This document shows, piece after piece, positions 8,913 through 17,037 of a DNA stretch of 58,200 nt. The position numbers and the translations under genes were made by a program. Source of the DNA: Candidatus Woesearchaeota archaeon. GTDB lineage: Archaea > Nanobdellota > Nanobdellia > Woesearchaeales > JAGVYF01. The stretch spans positions 1 to 58,200 of the forward strand of contig JAGVYF010000033.1 of assembly GCA_018303425.1 (NCBI GenBank), given 5' to 3'. A model generated the notes under the pieces. It did no database searches and was not told the origin of the DNA. It worked only from the letters and a program-made list of their open reading frames with translations. How positions within the stretch are numbered: the first letter of the stretch is position 1; the number at the start of each line of letters is the position of its first letter.

Positions 8913-9356
8913 TCATCCATTCCATATTTTGAATGCTTCATCTTCGTATTTTTGAAAGTCTATTTTGGTACAGTTATTTACCTTGCAGAAATGGTTTGTG
9001 ATATCCTCTTTTGTTAATCTTTCTTTTTTAAGCATATTTTCACCATCGGATGTATGTAACCATAAGCCAACGTGTTTAATCTTATGACAAAACCCACATA
9101 AGTGATGAATAGTATCTAATTTTTGTATGTGATTATCATCATCATAAATCCAGAATTCATGTGCTTCTAATCGAACATTTTCTTTTCCACAAATCCAGTA
9201 TTTTCTGCCTTCTTTTATGAACAATTCACTCTTGAGTTCTTGCCATTTTTGAAGTTTATTCTGTTTTTTGTAATATTGGTAAATACTTGCATACCACACT
9301 GTTAAAGGAACAAGTTCAATAGTTAGCTTAAATTTATCAGTAGTCATTTTTATCAA
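8913..9356 (-). CDS. Small HNH-type (beta-beta-alpha-Me) nuclease-like protein
   Basis: The pattern ..ELVPLTVWY..WICGKENVRLEAHEFWIYDDDNHIQKLDTIHHLCGFCHKIKHVG.. (C..leaHE.W..LC..CH..kH) matches small HNH endonuclease families from memory. It overlaps the upstream ORF by 20 nt. Confidence 0.6.
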   Translation of the reverse strand: MIKMTTDKFKLTIELVPLTVWYASIYQYYKKQNKLQKWQELKSELFIKEGRKYWICGKENVRLEAHEFWIYDDDNHIQKLDTIHHLCGFCHKIKHVGLWLHTSDGENMLKKERLTKEDITNHFCKVNNCTKIDFQKYEDEAFKIWNG

Positions 9357-9858
9357 AGCTTTTTGAAATTTTATATTTTGAATTGATTAGTTTTGCAGAA
9401 GATATTCTGCTTGTCCTAAATTTTCTTATTTCCTTTCGCAGATGGCAATATCCTATAGTGTATTTTGCTGAGGTATAGTATACATCGAGTTTTCTTTTTT
9501 TAAATTCTGCATTTTCCATGTTAAAATACTTAATCTCTACAGTTTTAGACTGCTTAAATGCTTTCTTGAGTGTAGTATAGACTTTTGAGTCAATATTGTT
9601 ATTGTATGGATGATATTTTTTTCTTAGAAATTCTTTATCAATTTCATCTTTAGCTTCTTTGGGCAGACTGTGGTTAATCTTTTTTAGAATTGACTTAATT
9701 TGTTTTTTATCTATTGACGTCTCATATTCATCATCATAGCTGTTATAATCCTCTTCATCATTATTAGGTGTGTCTTCTTCGTATTTTTTTACGAGTTTAT
9801 AGATTATCTGTAATTCAGAAGGAATCAGATGGAGTGATTCTGATTCATTTTTTGTCAT
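9337..9858 (-). CDS. WYL-domain protein
   Basis: The C-terminal half (VEIKYFNMENAEFKKRKLDVYYTSAKYTIGYCHLRKEIRKFRTSRISSAKLI) fits the WYL signature (..Y.igyC.lr...R.FR.sRI..). The N-terminus is acidic and helical with no clear HTH. Confidence 0.55.
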   Translation of the reverse strand: MTKNESESLHLIPSELQIIYKLVKKYEEDTPNNDEEDYNSYDDEYETSIDKKQIKSILKKINHSLPKEAKDEIDKEFLRKKYHPYNNNIDSKVYTTLKKAFKQSKTVEIKYFNMENAEFKKRKLDVYYTSAKYTIGYCHLRKEIRKFRTSRISSAKLINSKYKISKSFDKNDY

Positions 9859-10690
9859 CCTTTAACCTTCTCTTTTTTTGCGACTCGGATTCTTGAAGAT
9901 AGTTGTCGGATGTTGCTATCTTCTCTCCACTTCTTTGCTCAAGTTCTTTTCTTGCTATGCCTGCAACAGTGCCGCCTTCAGCTGCAGCATCTTTATTTTC
10001 TATGAATCCTTTGGCATTCTTGTTTCTTGCAATTCTCGTAGTTGAAGCCTCACCAAGCATTGTGAATATAAGTTCTAAATCATGCATATGGTCTCTAAGG
10101 TTTTCATTTTTTAATCCTTTCAATTTCTTGTACTCAGTTGGAGTCATTCCAAATGTTGCTTTCGAAATTTCGGCTGTAAGAATGGCAAATTCTCTGTCTG
10201 CTATAACTCCTCTTTTCTTCCATTCATCAGTCAACTCATCCCTTATCGCAATGCCTCGGACTCTTTTCTCAATCCACTCTTCAGAATATCCTTTGAATTT
10301 GAAGATTTCCTTCATTCTCTTTTGAGCAAGTTCAGGATTCTCTATTTCCTTAACTCGGTCATAACCTACTTTTGCTAGCCACAGCTTAAATGGTTCAGCT
10401 TTGGGAGAAGGAATAGACTGGATAATCCTAAATGCTCCTTCAGTGTTTACGCAGTTTGTTTCCCTTTTCTTGCTATCTGGAGCAAGAAGCTCAAGTGGGG
10501 TACAAATTGTACCCCAGTTCGCATTCAGAACAGGATCACGGCTGCGCATCTTTTTGACATATTGTTTAGGATCAGCACTATCTGTAAGAATTGAGATTAT
10601 ATCCAAGATAGAGAACCACCACCCATTATTGTGCCAAGTTCTCCTTATGTTCTTTCCCTGAAAGACCACGATAGCTTTATTTGTGTCCAT
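9845..10690 (-). CDS. DinD-like protein with N-terminal Bro-N domain
   Basis: The N-terminus (VVFQGKNIRRTWHNNGWWFSILDIISILT..TNCVNTEGAFRIIQSIPSPKAEPFKLWL) is Bro-N-like. The C-terminus (..LRDHMHDLELIFTMLGEASTTRIARNK..GGTVAGIARKELEQRSG) resembles E. coli DinD from memory. Confidence 0.75.
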   Translation of the reverse strand: MDTNKAIVVFQGKNIRRTWHNNGWWFSILDIISILTDSADPKQYVKKMRSRDPVLNANWGTICTPLELLAPDSKKRETNCVNTEGAFRIIQSIPSPKAEPFKLWLAKVGYDRVKEIENPELAQKRMKEIFKFKGYSEEWIEKRVRGIAIRDELTDEWKKRGVIADREFAILTAEISKATFGMTPTEYKKLKGLKNENLRDHMHDLELIFTMLGEASTTRIARNKNAKGFIENKDAAAEGGTVAGIARKELEQRSGEKIATSDNYLQESESQKKRRLKDDKK

Positions 10691-10693
10691 GTT

Positions 10694-11581
10694 TCAACCC
10701 CCCGAGCTTATAACACCTAATAAACGAGTTAACTCCATCTCAAATTCCCTAGAAACATCAGAAGCCCCACTTAATGCATGAGCGGTTTCATGTAAAAGTG
10801 TTCCTGCATAGTCTTTTAAATTTTTTAATTGATCACGCTTAATAATTATATTCGTTCCATCCCACAAACCTGAAGCTTCACTAAATGAATTATCTAATCT
10901 CATTGTTTCTGAAATTAATACTTGTTTGATGTTACGGGGTTTACCACCAATCAAATCAAAAATCTTGGTTGTTTTTTCAAATATTTCTTTCTCAGGCTTA
11001 TTAAGTTTTGTTGGGTCAACAAATTTGAACTTAAAATTATCATTCCATTCTTGTGTATATTGCCCTAAGTCTCTAATAGGATTACCTGCATAATCTTTTG
11101 TGCCCCTGATTTTTTCCTTAACTGTTTCAGGAATTATCACAACTTGAAAACCGGAATTCTTTGCATCATCAACCATATTTCTGGCGTCAAACATTTCCAT
11201 TGAAGTTAGAAATATTACCTTCTTCAAAGAATTTAATAGCTTACACGCGTGAACTGCAATGTCGATCCAAACAAGTTCATCATGACATTGACCAGAATCA
11301 TATTTTGATAAATCTGATGTCAACAATTCAGCAACCTTTTCAGTTTTGCATTGTAAAAGAACATCTTTTACTCTTTGAGTGTATGCTGTCCTACCAACAT
11401 TAGTTCTTTCTCTGTTCAGAGCTTTCCTCATTATTTTTGTTATTGAAGTAATATTATATGAAAACAAGAAGTTTTCTTCCTCTGCAATTAACAAACCTCC
11501 AACATATATTCTAGAGGTTTTACCTTTTATATAAACTTCTCCAACATCAGTCTTTTCCAATAAATTCTCATTAGAGAACAT
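10694..11581 (-). CDS. HExxH-motif protein (putative zinc-peptidase-like C-terminus), possibly 5'-truncated
   Basis: The C-terminus is ..YAGTLLHETAHALSGASDVSREFEMELT... The N-terminus ..VYIKGKTSRIYVGGLLIAEEENFLFSYNITS.. resembles the middle of longer ATP-binding proteins, from memory and unverified. The frame stays open 114 nt upstream of the ATG with no start codon. Confidence 0.5.
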   Translation of the reverse strand: MFSNENLLEKTDVGEVYIKGKTSRIYVGGLLIAEEENFLFSYNITSITKIMRKALNRERTNVGRTAYTQRVKDVLLQCKTEKVAELLTSDLSKYDSGQCHDELVWIDIAVHACKLLNSLKKVIFLTSMEMFDARNMVDDAKNSGFQVVIIPETVKEKIRGTKDYAGNPIRDLGQYTQEWNDNFKFKFVDPTKLNKPEKEIFEKTTKIFDLIGGKPRNIKQVLISETMRLDNSFSEASGLWDGTNIIIKRDQLKNLKDYAGTLLHETAHALSGASDVSREFEMELTRLLGVISSGG

Positions 11582-11704
11582 TAAGAAGAAATCTTTTACG
11601 GCAGCTATATGCTCATCTTTACAATTCTTTAATATAACTTTTGTACCAATAAATTTGACATCCTCAGTTTCTTCCGAACATCCGCTACTTAACGGTCAGA
11701 CACG

Positions 11705-11727
11705 ACATCTACGGGGTGACCAATACG
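11705..11727. repeat. Right terminal inverted repeat of the island
   Basis: ACATCTACGGGGTGACCAATACG is the reverse complement of 8806-8828 with one mismatch. Confidence 0.85.
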
Positions 11728-11805
11728 GAACGAAGTTCATTACCTTATAAAGGTTTGAACGAAGTTCATTACCTTATAAAGGTTTGAACGAAGTTCATTA
11801 CCTTA
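11728..11805. repeat. 29-bp tandem repeat, right part (rest of the interrupted unit plus about two further units)
   Basis: GAACGAAGTTCATTACCTTATAAA lies at 11728-11751, a full unit at 11752-11780, and a 25-nt unit at 11781-11805 that runs into the sepF stop codon. Confidence 0.9.
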
Positions 11806-12201
11806 ATCTAATTTTTCGGTTTTTTGCGTTCTGTAAATATTTGCAAAAGCAGGCGTTACACAAATCCAGTCATCACCAAATCCTGCTACATCTCCCCCAA
11901 TAGCATCGCAGGTTTTTTTAATCTTATTAATTGCTCTTTTAAGCTCAACAATATCTTTATCTTTTAAAGGTTTAATATTAATAAGCGCAATAGTATTACC
12001 AACTCTTAATGAATCTAAAATATCACGCACGCCTTCAAAATCTTCAATAATAAATGGCCGTACTTGTACCTTTTCATTATTTTTCCCAAAAGATTCTGGC
12101 GCAAGTTCTACATAATCATCTACTAATTCCTCTGGTTCTTCTAATACTTCTGTACTAAATGTTCCCCCTAAACTTTCTTTTAACTGTGAAAAAAATCCCA
12201 T
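11803..12201 (-). CDS. sepF: Cell division protein SepF (archaeal)
   Basis: This 132-aa protein has a flexible N-terminus and a SepF core: VRPFIIEDFEGVRDILDSLRVGNTIALINIKPLKDKD..AINKIKKTCDAIGGDVAGFGDDWICVTP. Confidence 0.8.
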   Translation of the reverse strand: MGFFSQLKESLGGTFSTEVLEEPEELVDDYVELAPESFGKNNEKVQVRPFIIEDFEGVRDILDSLRVGNTIALINIKPLKDKDIVELKRAINKIKKTCDAIGGDVAGFGDDWICVTPAFANIYRTQKTEKLD

Positions 12202-12409
12202 AATTATTCCCCTCCTGCCCTCACATATTTAATATAATTATTTTTTATACTTAATTTTTAAATTTTCTATAAATTATGATAATATAGATATATTTAAAGT
12301 TTTTCATTATTGATAAGATATTATGTTGATATAACTATATGCAAACTATATACTCTTTTTCATATATCTATAAAAGAATGATAGTTAATATACATCAGGG
12401 GTATAATTT

Positions 12410-14044
12410 ATGGTTAATAAAAATAAGGATATACATTTGGAAGATTTAGTAAAATTTATTGAAAAAAACCAGTCCAAACTCACAGATAGGACAGTTAGAA
12501 TAGGAATGGTCGGTCATGTTGATACAGATTGTGATTCTGCAGCATCTATGTTCCTATTGGAAAGAATAATCAAAAGTTCATTGCCAAGCATTGAAACACA
12601 AATTATATTAAGTGAAAAACCAAAGGATGACGTTGCTCAAATATTGGGAGAGTATCCTTCAGAATTTGAATATCTAACTTCAAAAACAAATGGTGCGCAG
12701 GAAAACCTAAAAAATCCAGATATAATTATTTATGTAGACGGGGCCCATAACCCGGGCAGGCCATATATTCCCGAATCGTGGGTGGATTTAAGCGCGCAAA
12801 CAATGGTCTTTGACCATCATGATGGACAAACTAAATTTGATTTTGGCAAAATTGACACAGAAGAATGTAAAAGCACAGTTTCATTAGTTTACAATTTATT
12901 CTGCCAAACTCCAGATTTACAGATAGATACTGGTTTAGCAACCATGTGTGTTCAAGCAATCAAAATAGATACTTCTTACTATACAAAAGCAACTACAAAG
13001 GATTTTACAGCTAATTCATTTTTTTACAATTTAGCAAATAAGGCATTACTAGAAAATTTAGTAAATAAATTAAAACATAGCCAATGGAAAGTAGGGGGTT
13101 CAAGCGCATCACATAGCAGGATGATTGAAGATATATGCTGGTTTTCATTTGTAGATAACATCTCTAAAGAAGATTGGAGAGGCATATGCGATTACGCTGA
13201 AGAGGCAATCAACAGAGTAAACGATCCTATTTTACCTTTAGCCATATTTACAGCGATAGGCCCATCAGATCAATATGGACGGGGCATCCAGATAGCAATC
13301 CGCGGTAAAAATTGCAGTGAAGTAGCGACAAAATTATTTGATGGCGGCGGTGATGATGGCAAAGCTGGTGGCCAAATAGAAATCCCTTACCTTTTTGATG
13401 AAGTGATGAGTACTGATGCTTTTAATAAATTAGTTGAAGAAGAACTCGAGTTAAGGATTAAAGGTTCATATCTATCAAAAAAACCTAAAGAAGAAAAACC
13501 CAAACCTAAACCTATACGGGGCACTGAGACAGCAATAAAATCTGAAGAAGAAAAATCATTGCAGTCAATATTAGCTAAAAAAGAATTAGATAATAAAATA
13601 TTTGATTGCTGCCTAGAAGCTATGAAAGCAAGACATACCCCTTCAAATGTTGCATCTGCGTTTGTTTATAAAAAAATGGGAGATGGCAAAACTGCAATAA
13701 CTGAAGACAATGTTAATTCATTATCCTATATAATTGAACAATTTAAACGTGTTCCTCGGCATAATACTTATGTTGCATATGCTGTTGTCGATGGTCCTGC
13801 CAATATGTATGTGCTTACTTTAGTTTCTTCAAAAGAAGATGATCCAAAAGCAGCTAAAATGCTAGCAATGAATGTTTTTGGTGAAGACCGCATTCTCGAG
13901 GAACTATCAACTGATGAATATGTAGTTGCAAAAGTAGATCTGTTTTTTGAATATGCTTTTGGCACTAAGCTTCTTGACTGTGTTGATACCGCAATTAAAA
14001 AAAAGATAACCAGTTTGTATGAAGATAAACCAATTAATAGTTAA
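12410..14044 (+). CDS. DHH-family phosphoesterase (RecJ/NrnA-like) with a long C-terminal extension
   Basis: The DHH motifs are GHVDTDCDSAAS (I), IYVDGAH (II) and VFDHHDG (III), with a GGG motif (DGGGDDGKAGG). A Lys/Glu-rich linker and about 170 extra residues follow. Confidence 0.7.
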   Translation: MVNKNKDIHLEDLVKFIEKNQSKLTDRTVRIGMVGHVDTDCDSAASMFLLERIIKSSLPSIETQIILSEKPKDDVAQILGEYPSEFEYLTSKTNGAQENLKNPDIIIYVDGAHNPGRPYIPESWVDLSAQTMVFDHHDGQTKFDFGKIDTEECKSTVSLVYNLFCQTPDLQIDTGLATMCVQAIKIDTSYYTKATTKDFTANSFFYNLANKALLENLVNKLKHSQWKVGGSSASHSRMIEDICWFSFVDNISKEDWRGICDYAEEAINRVNDPILPLAIFTAIGPSDQYGRGIQIAIRGKNCSEVATKLFDGGGDDGKAGGQIEIPYLFDEVMSTDAFNKLVEEELELRIKGSYLSKKPKEEKPKPKPIRGTETAIKSEEEKSLQSILAKKELDNKIFDCCLEAMKARHTPSNVASAFVYKKMGDGKTAITEDNVNSLSYIIEQFKRVPRHNTYVAYAVVDGPANMYVLTLVSSKEDDPKAAKMLAMNVFGEDRILEELSTDEYVVAKVDLFFEYAFGTKLLDCVDTAIKKKITSLYEDKPINS

Positions 14045-14192
14045 AAAAATTAATACTCAAAAATTAGTTAACCCAACCTTTTTGCCAAGCAAAACTCAAG
14101 AACTAAGTTCTGAGCACAGAAATGCCTTGCATTTCTTATGAGCTTGACCAAAATCTGAGACCTGCACTCACTTTGTTCGCTTAGTCTCAATT

Positions 14193-14498
14193 TTATTCCG
14201 CATCATCAACTGTAAAAAGAGTACTATCATGCACATCAAATAACCCCAACCTGGCGCCAGCATCAAGCCAGCCATGCGCATAATTAAGCGCGGCAAACGC
14301 ATCCACAATATTGCCAAGTGAATTAAAATGTTCTGCGTCTGTAATATAACGAGATATCATATCAAGAAAATCATTGCGCGCCAATAACATGTCTTCACTA
14401 TTCAGTCGAGAGCCTGAGCCTTTTGCCATGTCATAGGCTTTCTTAGTAACTGAGAAATATTTCTTAATGTGTTCTAATGTAATTTGATCTTGATTCAT
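14193..14498 (-). CDS. DUF357-like small archaeal protein
   Basis: The C-terminal motif ALNYAHGWLDAGARLGLFDV matches this family as I recall it. Confidence 0.55.
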   Translation of the reverse strand: MNQDQITLEHIKKYFSVTKKAYDMAKGSGSRLNSEDMLLARNDFLDMISRYITDAEHFNSLGNIVDAFAALNYAHGWLDAGARLGLFDVHDSTLFTVDDAE

Positions 14499-14518
14499 TT
14501 TCGTTTAAATAAAAAAAA

Positions 14519-14728
14519 CTATGCCCTTTTAGGCATAGGTCTTCTCACTGTTATTGGCAAAGTGCCTTTCTGAAATTCCATTTTGGCAATTTCTACAGGG
14601 TTATACTTTATACTCTCTAAATCACTTTTCTTAAGTTTTAGAGTAAACGGCGCCCCCATTGAAAGCTGTAAAGCTCTACTACCAATAATACGCGCTTTTT
14701 CGTACTTAGTCATTGTTTCTTTTTCCAT
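14519..14728 (-). CDS. rpoK: DNA-directed RNA polymerase subunit K (Rpo6)
   Basis: It contains TKYEKARIIGSRALQLSMGAP. I placed the start at the internal ATG 14726-14728 so that it does not overlap the rrp42 stop. Confidence 0.85.
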   Translation of the reverse strand: MEKETMTKYEKARIIGSRALQLSMGAPFTLKLKKSDLESIKYNPVEIAKMEFQKGTLPITVRRPMPKRA

Positions 14729-14738
14729 TGTGAATGCC

Positions 14739-15503
14739 TCATAACAATTTTCTAAGTTCCTTTCCTTTAGCAACAGCAATATCGATTGCGTTAAAGATTT
14801 CTTCTTGCGTTAATGCGTCATTTCCCCCTTTTTGAAATGCGCTAACAGTGCCATCTTCAAGTGTTGCAATTGTTAATCTTGCATCAACAAATTTTTCTTC
14901 ATCTCTTGATGGGTCAATAAGGAAATCTTTCCCAATCTTATAAACTGTAACTTCAATTGGAACTTTGTTTAATGGTAATCCTTTATTAGTCTTATGTTTG
15001 TAATCAATTTTGCCATTATCATCAATTACAGGAAATTTTACATCCTGCAAAGCCGCAATTGCCCCTAATGACGCCGCATCAAACAAGTTGCCGTCAGCAT
15101 TAACTGGCACTATGTCGATAGTTATCATCCAAACTTTTTCACCTTCGGTGATACAAAGCTTTTTAAAATCTAAAGCCCCAGATTCTCTAATGCCCCTGTC
15201 AACTACTCTTGCTAACTCAATTGAGTCGGTTGATGGCGGACCAGATTCAAAATCAGGACTTGCCATAGGCAATAACTCTGCCCCAACCATGATAGAACCT
15301 TGACCTGGCTGATCAGGGTATGGCACCATTGTTTCAAGTTTAATTCCTACAATAACATCAGTATTTCCAATTTTTACTCTTGCAGAACCTTCTGCTTGCG
15401 GAAATGATCCTTTCTCTACTGTTAGTGGTTGTCTGAATTCTTCTAATTTTCTACCATCCAATCTTATCCCTTGGTTTAATAATTTTATGATGTGATTTTT
15501 CAT
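14739..15503 (-). CDS. rrp42: Exosome complex component Rrp42
   Basis: It is an RNase PH-like fold (RLDGRKLEEFRQPLTVEKGSFPQAEGSARVKIGNTDVIVGIKLE) and sits downstream of rrp41. Confidence 0.9.
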   Translation of the reverse strand: MKNHIIKLLNQGIRLDGRKLEEFRQPLTVEKGSFPQAEGSARVKIGNTDVIVGIKLETMVPYPDQPGQGSIMVGAELLPMASPDFESGPPSTDSIELARVVDRGIRESGALDFKKLCITEGEKVWMITIDIVPVNADGNLFDAASLGAIAALQDVKFPVIDDNGKIDYKHKTNKGLPLNKVPIEVTVYKIGKDFLIDPSRDEEKFVDARLTIATLEDGTVSAFQKGGNDALTQEEIFNAIDIAVAKGKELRKLL

Positions 15504-16210
15504 TGTGCTTGCACCCCAAACTTATTTTTAAGTGCTGCTTTTTGAATCTCGTAAATTTGTTTACAAGTTACAGTAGCTAAATCAAACGCTTTTTTTAACT
15601 GTTCTTTAGTCATCACACCATCCATTTGTAATAATGTGATCTGTCCTGTGCTTGGAATTATTGCCAAAGGCAAATCAGTTCCGCCTTCGTATGAATCTTC
15701 GATGTAGTTAAGATCTACCAATATTTGGTCTTCAACTCTCCCTACTGCAACAGCAGCAACTAAATCTTTCATTGCAATCCCCGCGTCTGCAAGCGCCATT
15801 GAAGCTGCGCAGATACCAGCGCACCTTGAACCTGCATCACATTGCGGTAATTCAACAAAAACATCAACAACTGCGTTCGGAAATTTAGAAAGATCAATAA
15901 CCGGCGCTAAAGCTTTTTCAGTAATTAATGAAATCTCTTTAGCTCTTCTATTTGGACCGGGCCTGGATCTTTCACCGGAACTTGCAAATGGCATCATATT
16001 ATAATTACATCTTAAAATCCCTTTTGAAGGGTCCTGCAAAAATCGAGGATAAAGCTCTCTTGGACCATATACTGTCGCATAAGCAATAGTCTTTCCAATT
16101 CTAAACATTGCAGAACCTATTGCATTTGGTATAATCCCCACTTTAGCTTCCATGTCTCTTGTTTGTGTTAATTTTCTTCCGTCTTCTCGTTTGTAAACCA
16201 TTTTATTCAC
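15500..16210 (-). CDS. rrp41: Exosome complex exonuclease Rrp41
   Basis: It contains REDGRKLTQTRDMEAKVGIIPNAIGSAMFRIGKTIAYATVYGPRE. It overlaps both neighbouring genes by 4-8 nt. Confidence 0.9.
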   Translation of the reverse strand: MNKMVYKREDGRKLTQTRDMEAKVGIIPNAIGSAMFRIGKTIAYATVYGPRELYPRFLQDPSKGILRCNYNMMPFASSGERSRPGPNRRAKEISLITEKALAPVIDLSKFPNAVVDVFVELPQCDAGSRCAGICAASMALADAGIAMKDLVAAVAVGRVEDQILVDLNYIEDSYEGGTDLPLAIIPSTGQITLLQMDGVMTKEQLKKAFDLATVTCKQIYEIQKAALKNKFGVQAQ

Positions 16211-16922
16211 TCTCCTCGACTTCTAACTTAATTCCAGTTTCCTTTTCAAGAAAATTTTTAACTTTTTCGGTTAGTCCTGAAGTGTGTGCTTTGCTTTCAA
16301 TTAATTTGATTGTTTTTTCAGCTATAGCTTCTTTAGAAGCATCTTTGCCAGCCAACCATATCCAACCGTTTTGTCCGACAGTGATTTGGCAATCTGTAGC
16401 TTTTTTAATCATGCTAACCATTGAACCTTTTTTACCTATAACTCTAGGTACTTTACAAGAAGTTATTGAAATGATTCTTCCTTCATGAAGTTTTCTAAGA
16501 CCAGGACCTCTCATAGTTAAATCTACAAGATTCTGACTAGTTACATTTGTGATTCTTGCTACAATATAATCTTCAAATGTGTAATACTTTGTTAAATCTG
16601 CCCCCCTTTCAACAAAATCAGTTGTGCCTTCTTTCAATGAAAGCATTGCAGAATATGCAGAGTTTATTTCCGCTCTCCACCCTGAAAATGTTACATCAAA
16701 CACTTTAGCAAGAATTACATCTCCTTGTTTAGGTATATATTTTCCTGCTAAAGGAATCAACTTAATTGTCCTTCCTTCTACTGAAGTTAATCCCAGCATT
16801 CCTGCATGGATATTTTCTCCGTTTCTGTAAGTGCCGTATCCAGGTAAATTGTCTAATCCACTTGCTAATATTTCACCGGGAACAACTACTTCTTTTGGTT
16901 TTACTAATATTCCTTGTGTCAT
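16203..16922 (-). CDS. rrp4: Exosome complex RNA-binding protein Rrp4 (S1 + KH)
   Basis: It contains VVPGEILA..GTY..KYIPKQGDVILAKVFDV (S1 domain) and VPRVIGKKGSMVSMIKKATDCQITVGQNG (KH domain). Confidence 0.9.
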   Translation of the reverse strand: MTQGILVKPKEVVVPGEILASGLDNLPGYGTYRNGENIHAGMLGLTSVEGRTIKLIPLAGKYIPKQGDVILAKVFDVTFSGWRAEINSAYSAMLSLKEGTTDFVERGADLTKYYTFEDYIVARITNVTSQNLVDLTMRGPGLRKLHEGRIISITSCKVPRVIGKKGSMVSMIKKATDCQITVGQNGWIWLAGKDASKEAIAEKTIKLIESKAHTSGLTEKVKNFLEKETGIKLEVEESE

Positions 16923-17037
16923 TTTATTGACCTCCTTGTTTTCTCTAGATTAAATATATCAGAAGCGTTAGAAACCCGGCACTTCTGCACCTAATTCTGC
17001 ATCTAATAAATAAATCAGTTGTATCATATGTATTTAT

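Larger units (their letters stand above)
8806..11727. mobile_element. TIR/TSD-bounded 2.9-kb insertion carrying four cargo genes and no recognisable transposase
   Basis: The 23-nt ends at 8806-8828 and 11705-11727 are reverse complements (22/23 match). A 9-bp direct repeat GAACGAAGT abuts both ends (8797-8805 and 11728-11736). Excising it restores one intact 29-bp repeat unit. Confidence 0.8.

Noticed and set aside
8763-11805. The 29-bp direct repeats might be a CRISPR array.
   Set aside because: The units are strictly head-to-tail with no spacers. The only interruption is the 2.9-kb TIR-bounded island, and no cas genes are present.
14045-14192. A hairpin GAAATGC-CTT-GCATTTC (14119-14135) and a palindrome AGAACT-A-AGTTCT lie between convergent genes.
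   Set aside because: These are probably ordinary 3'-end structures. Archaeal termination does not require them, and nothing else distinguishes the region.
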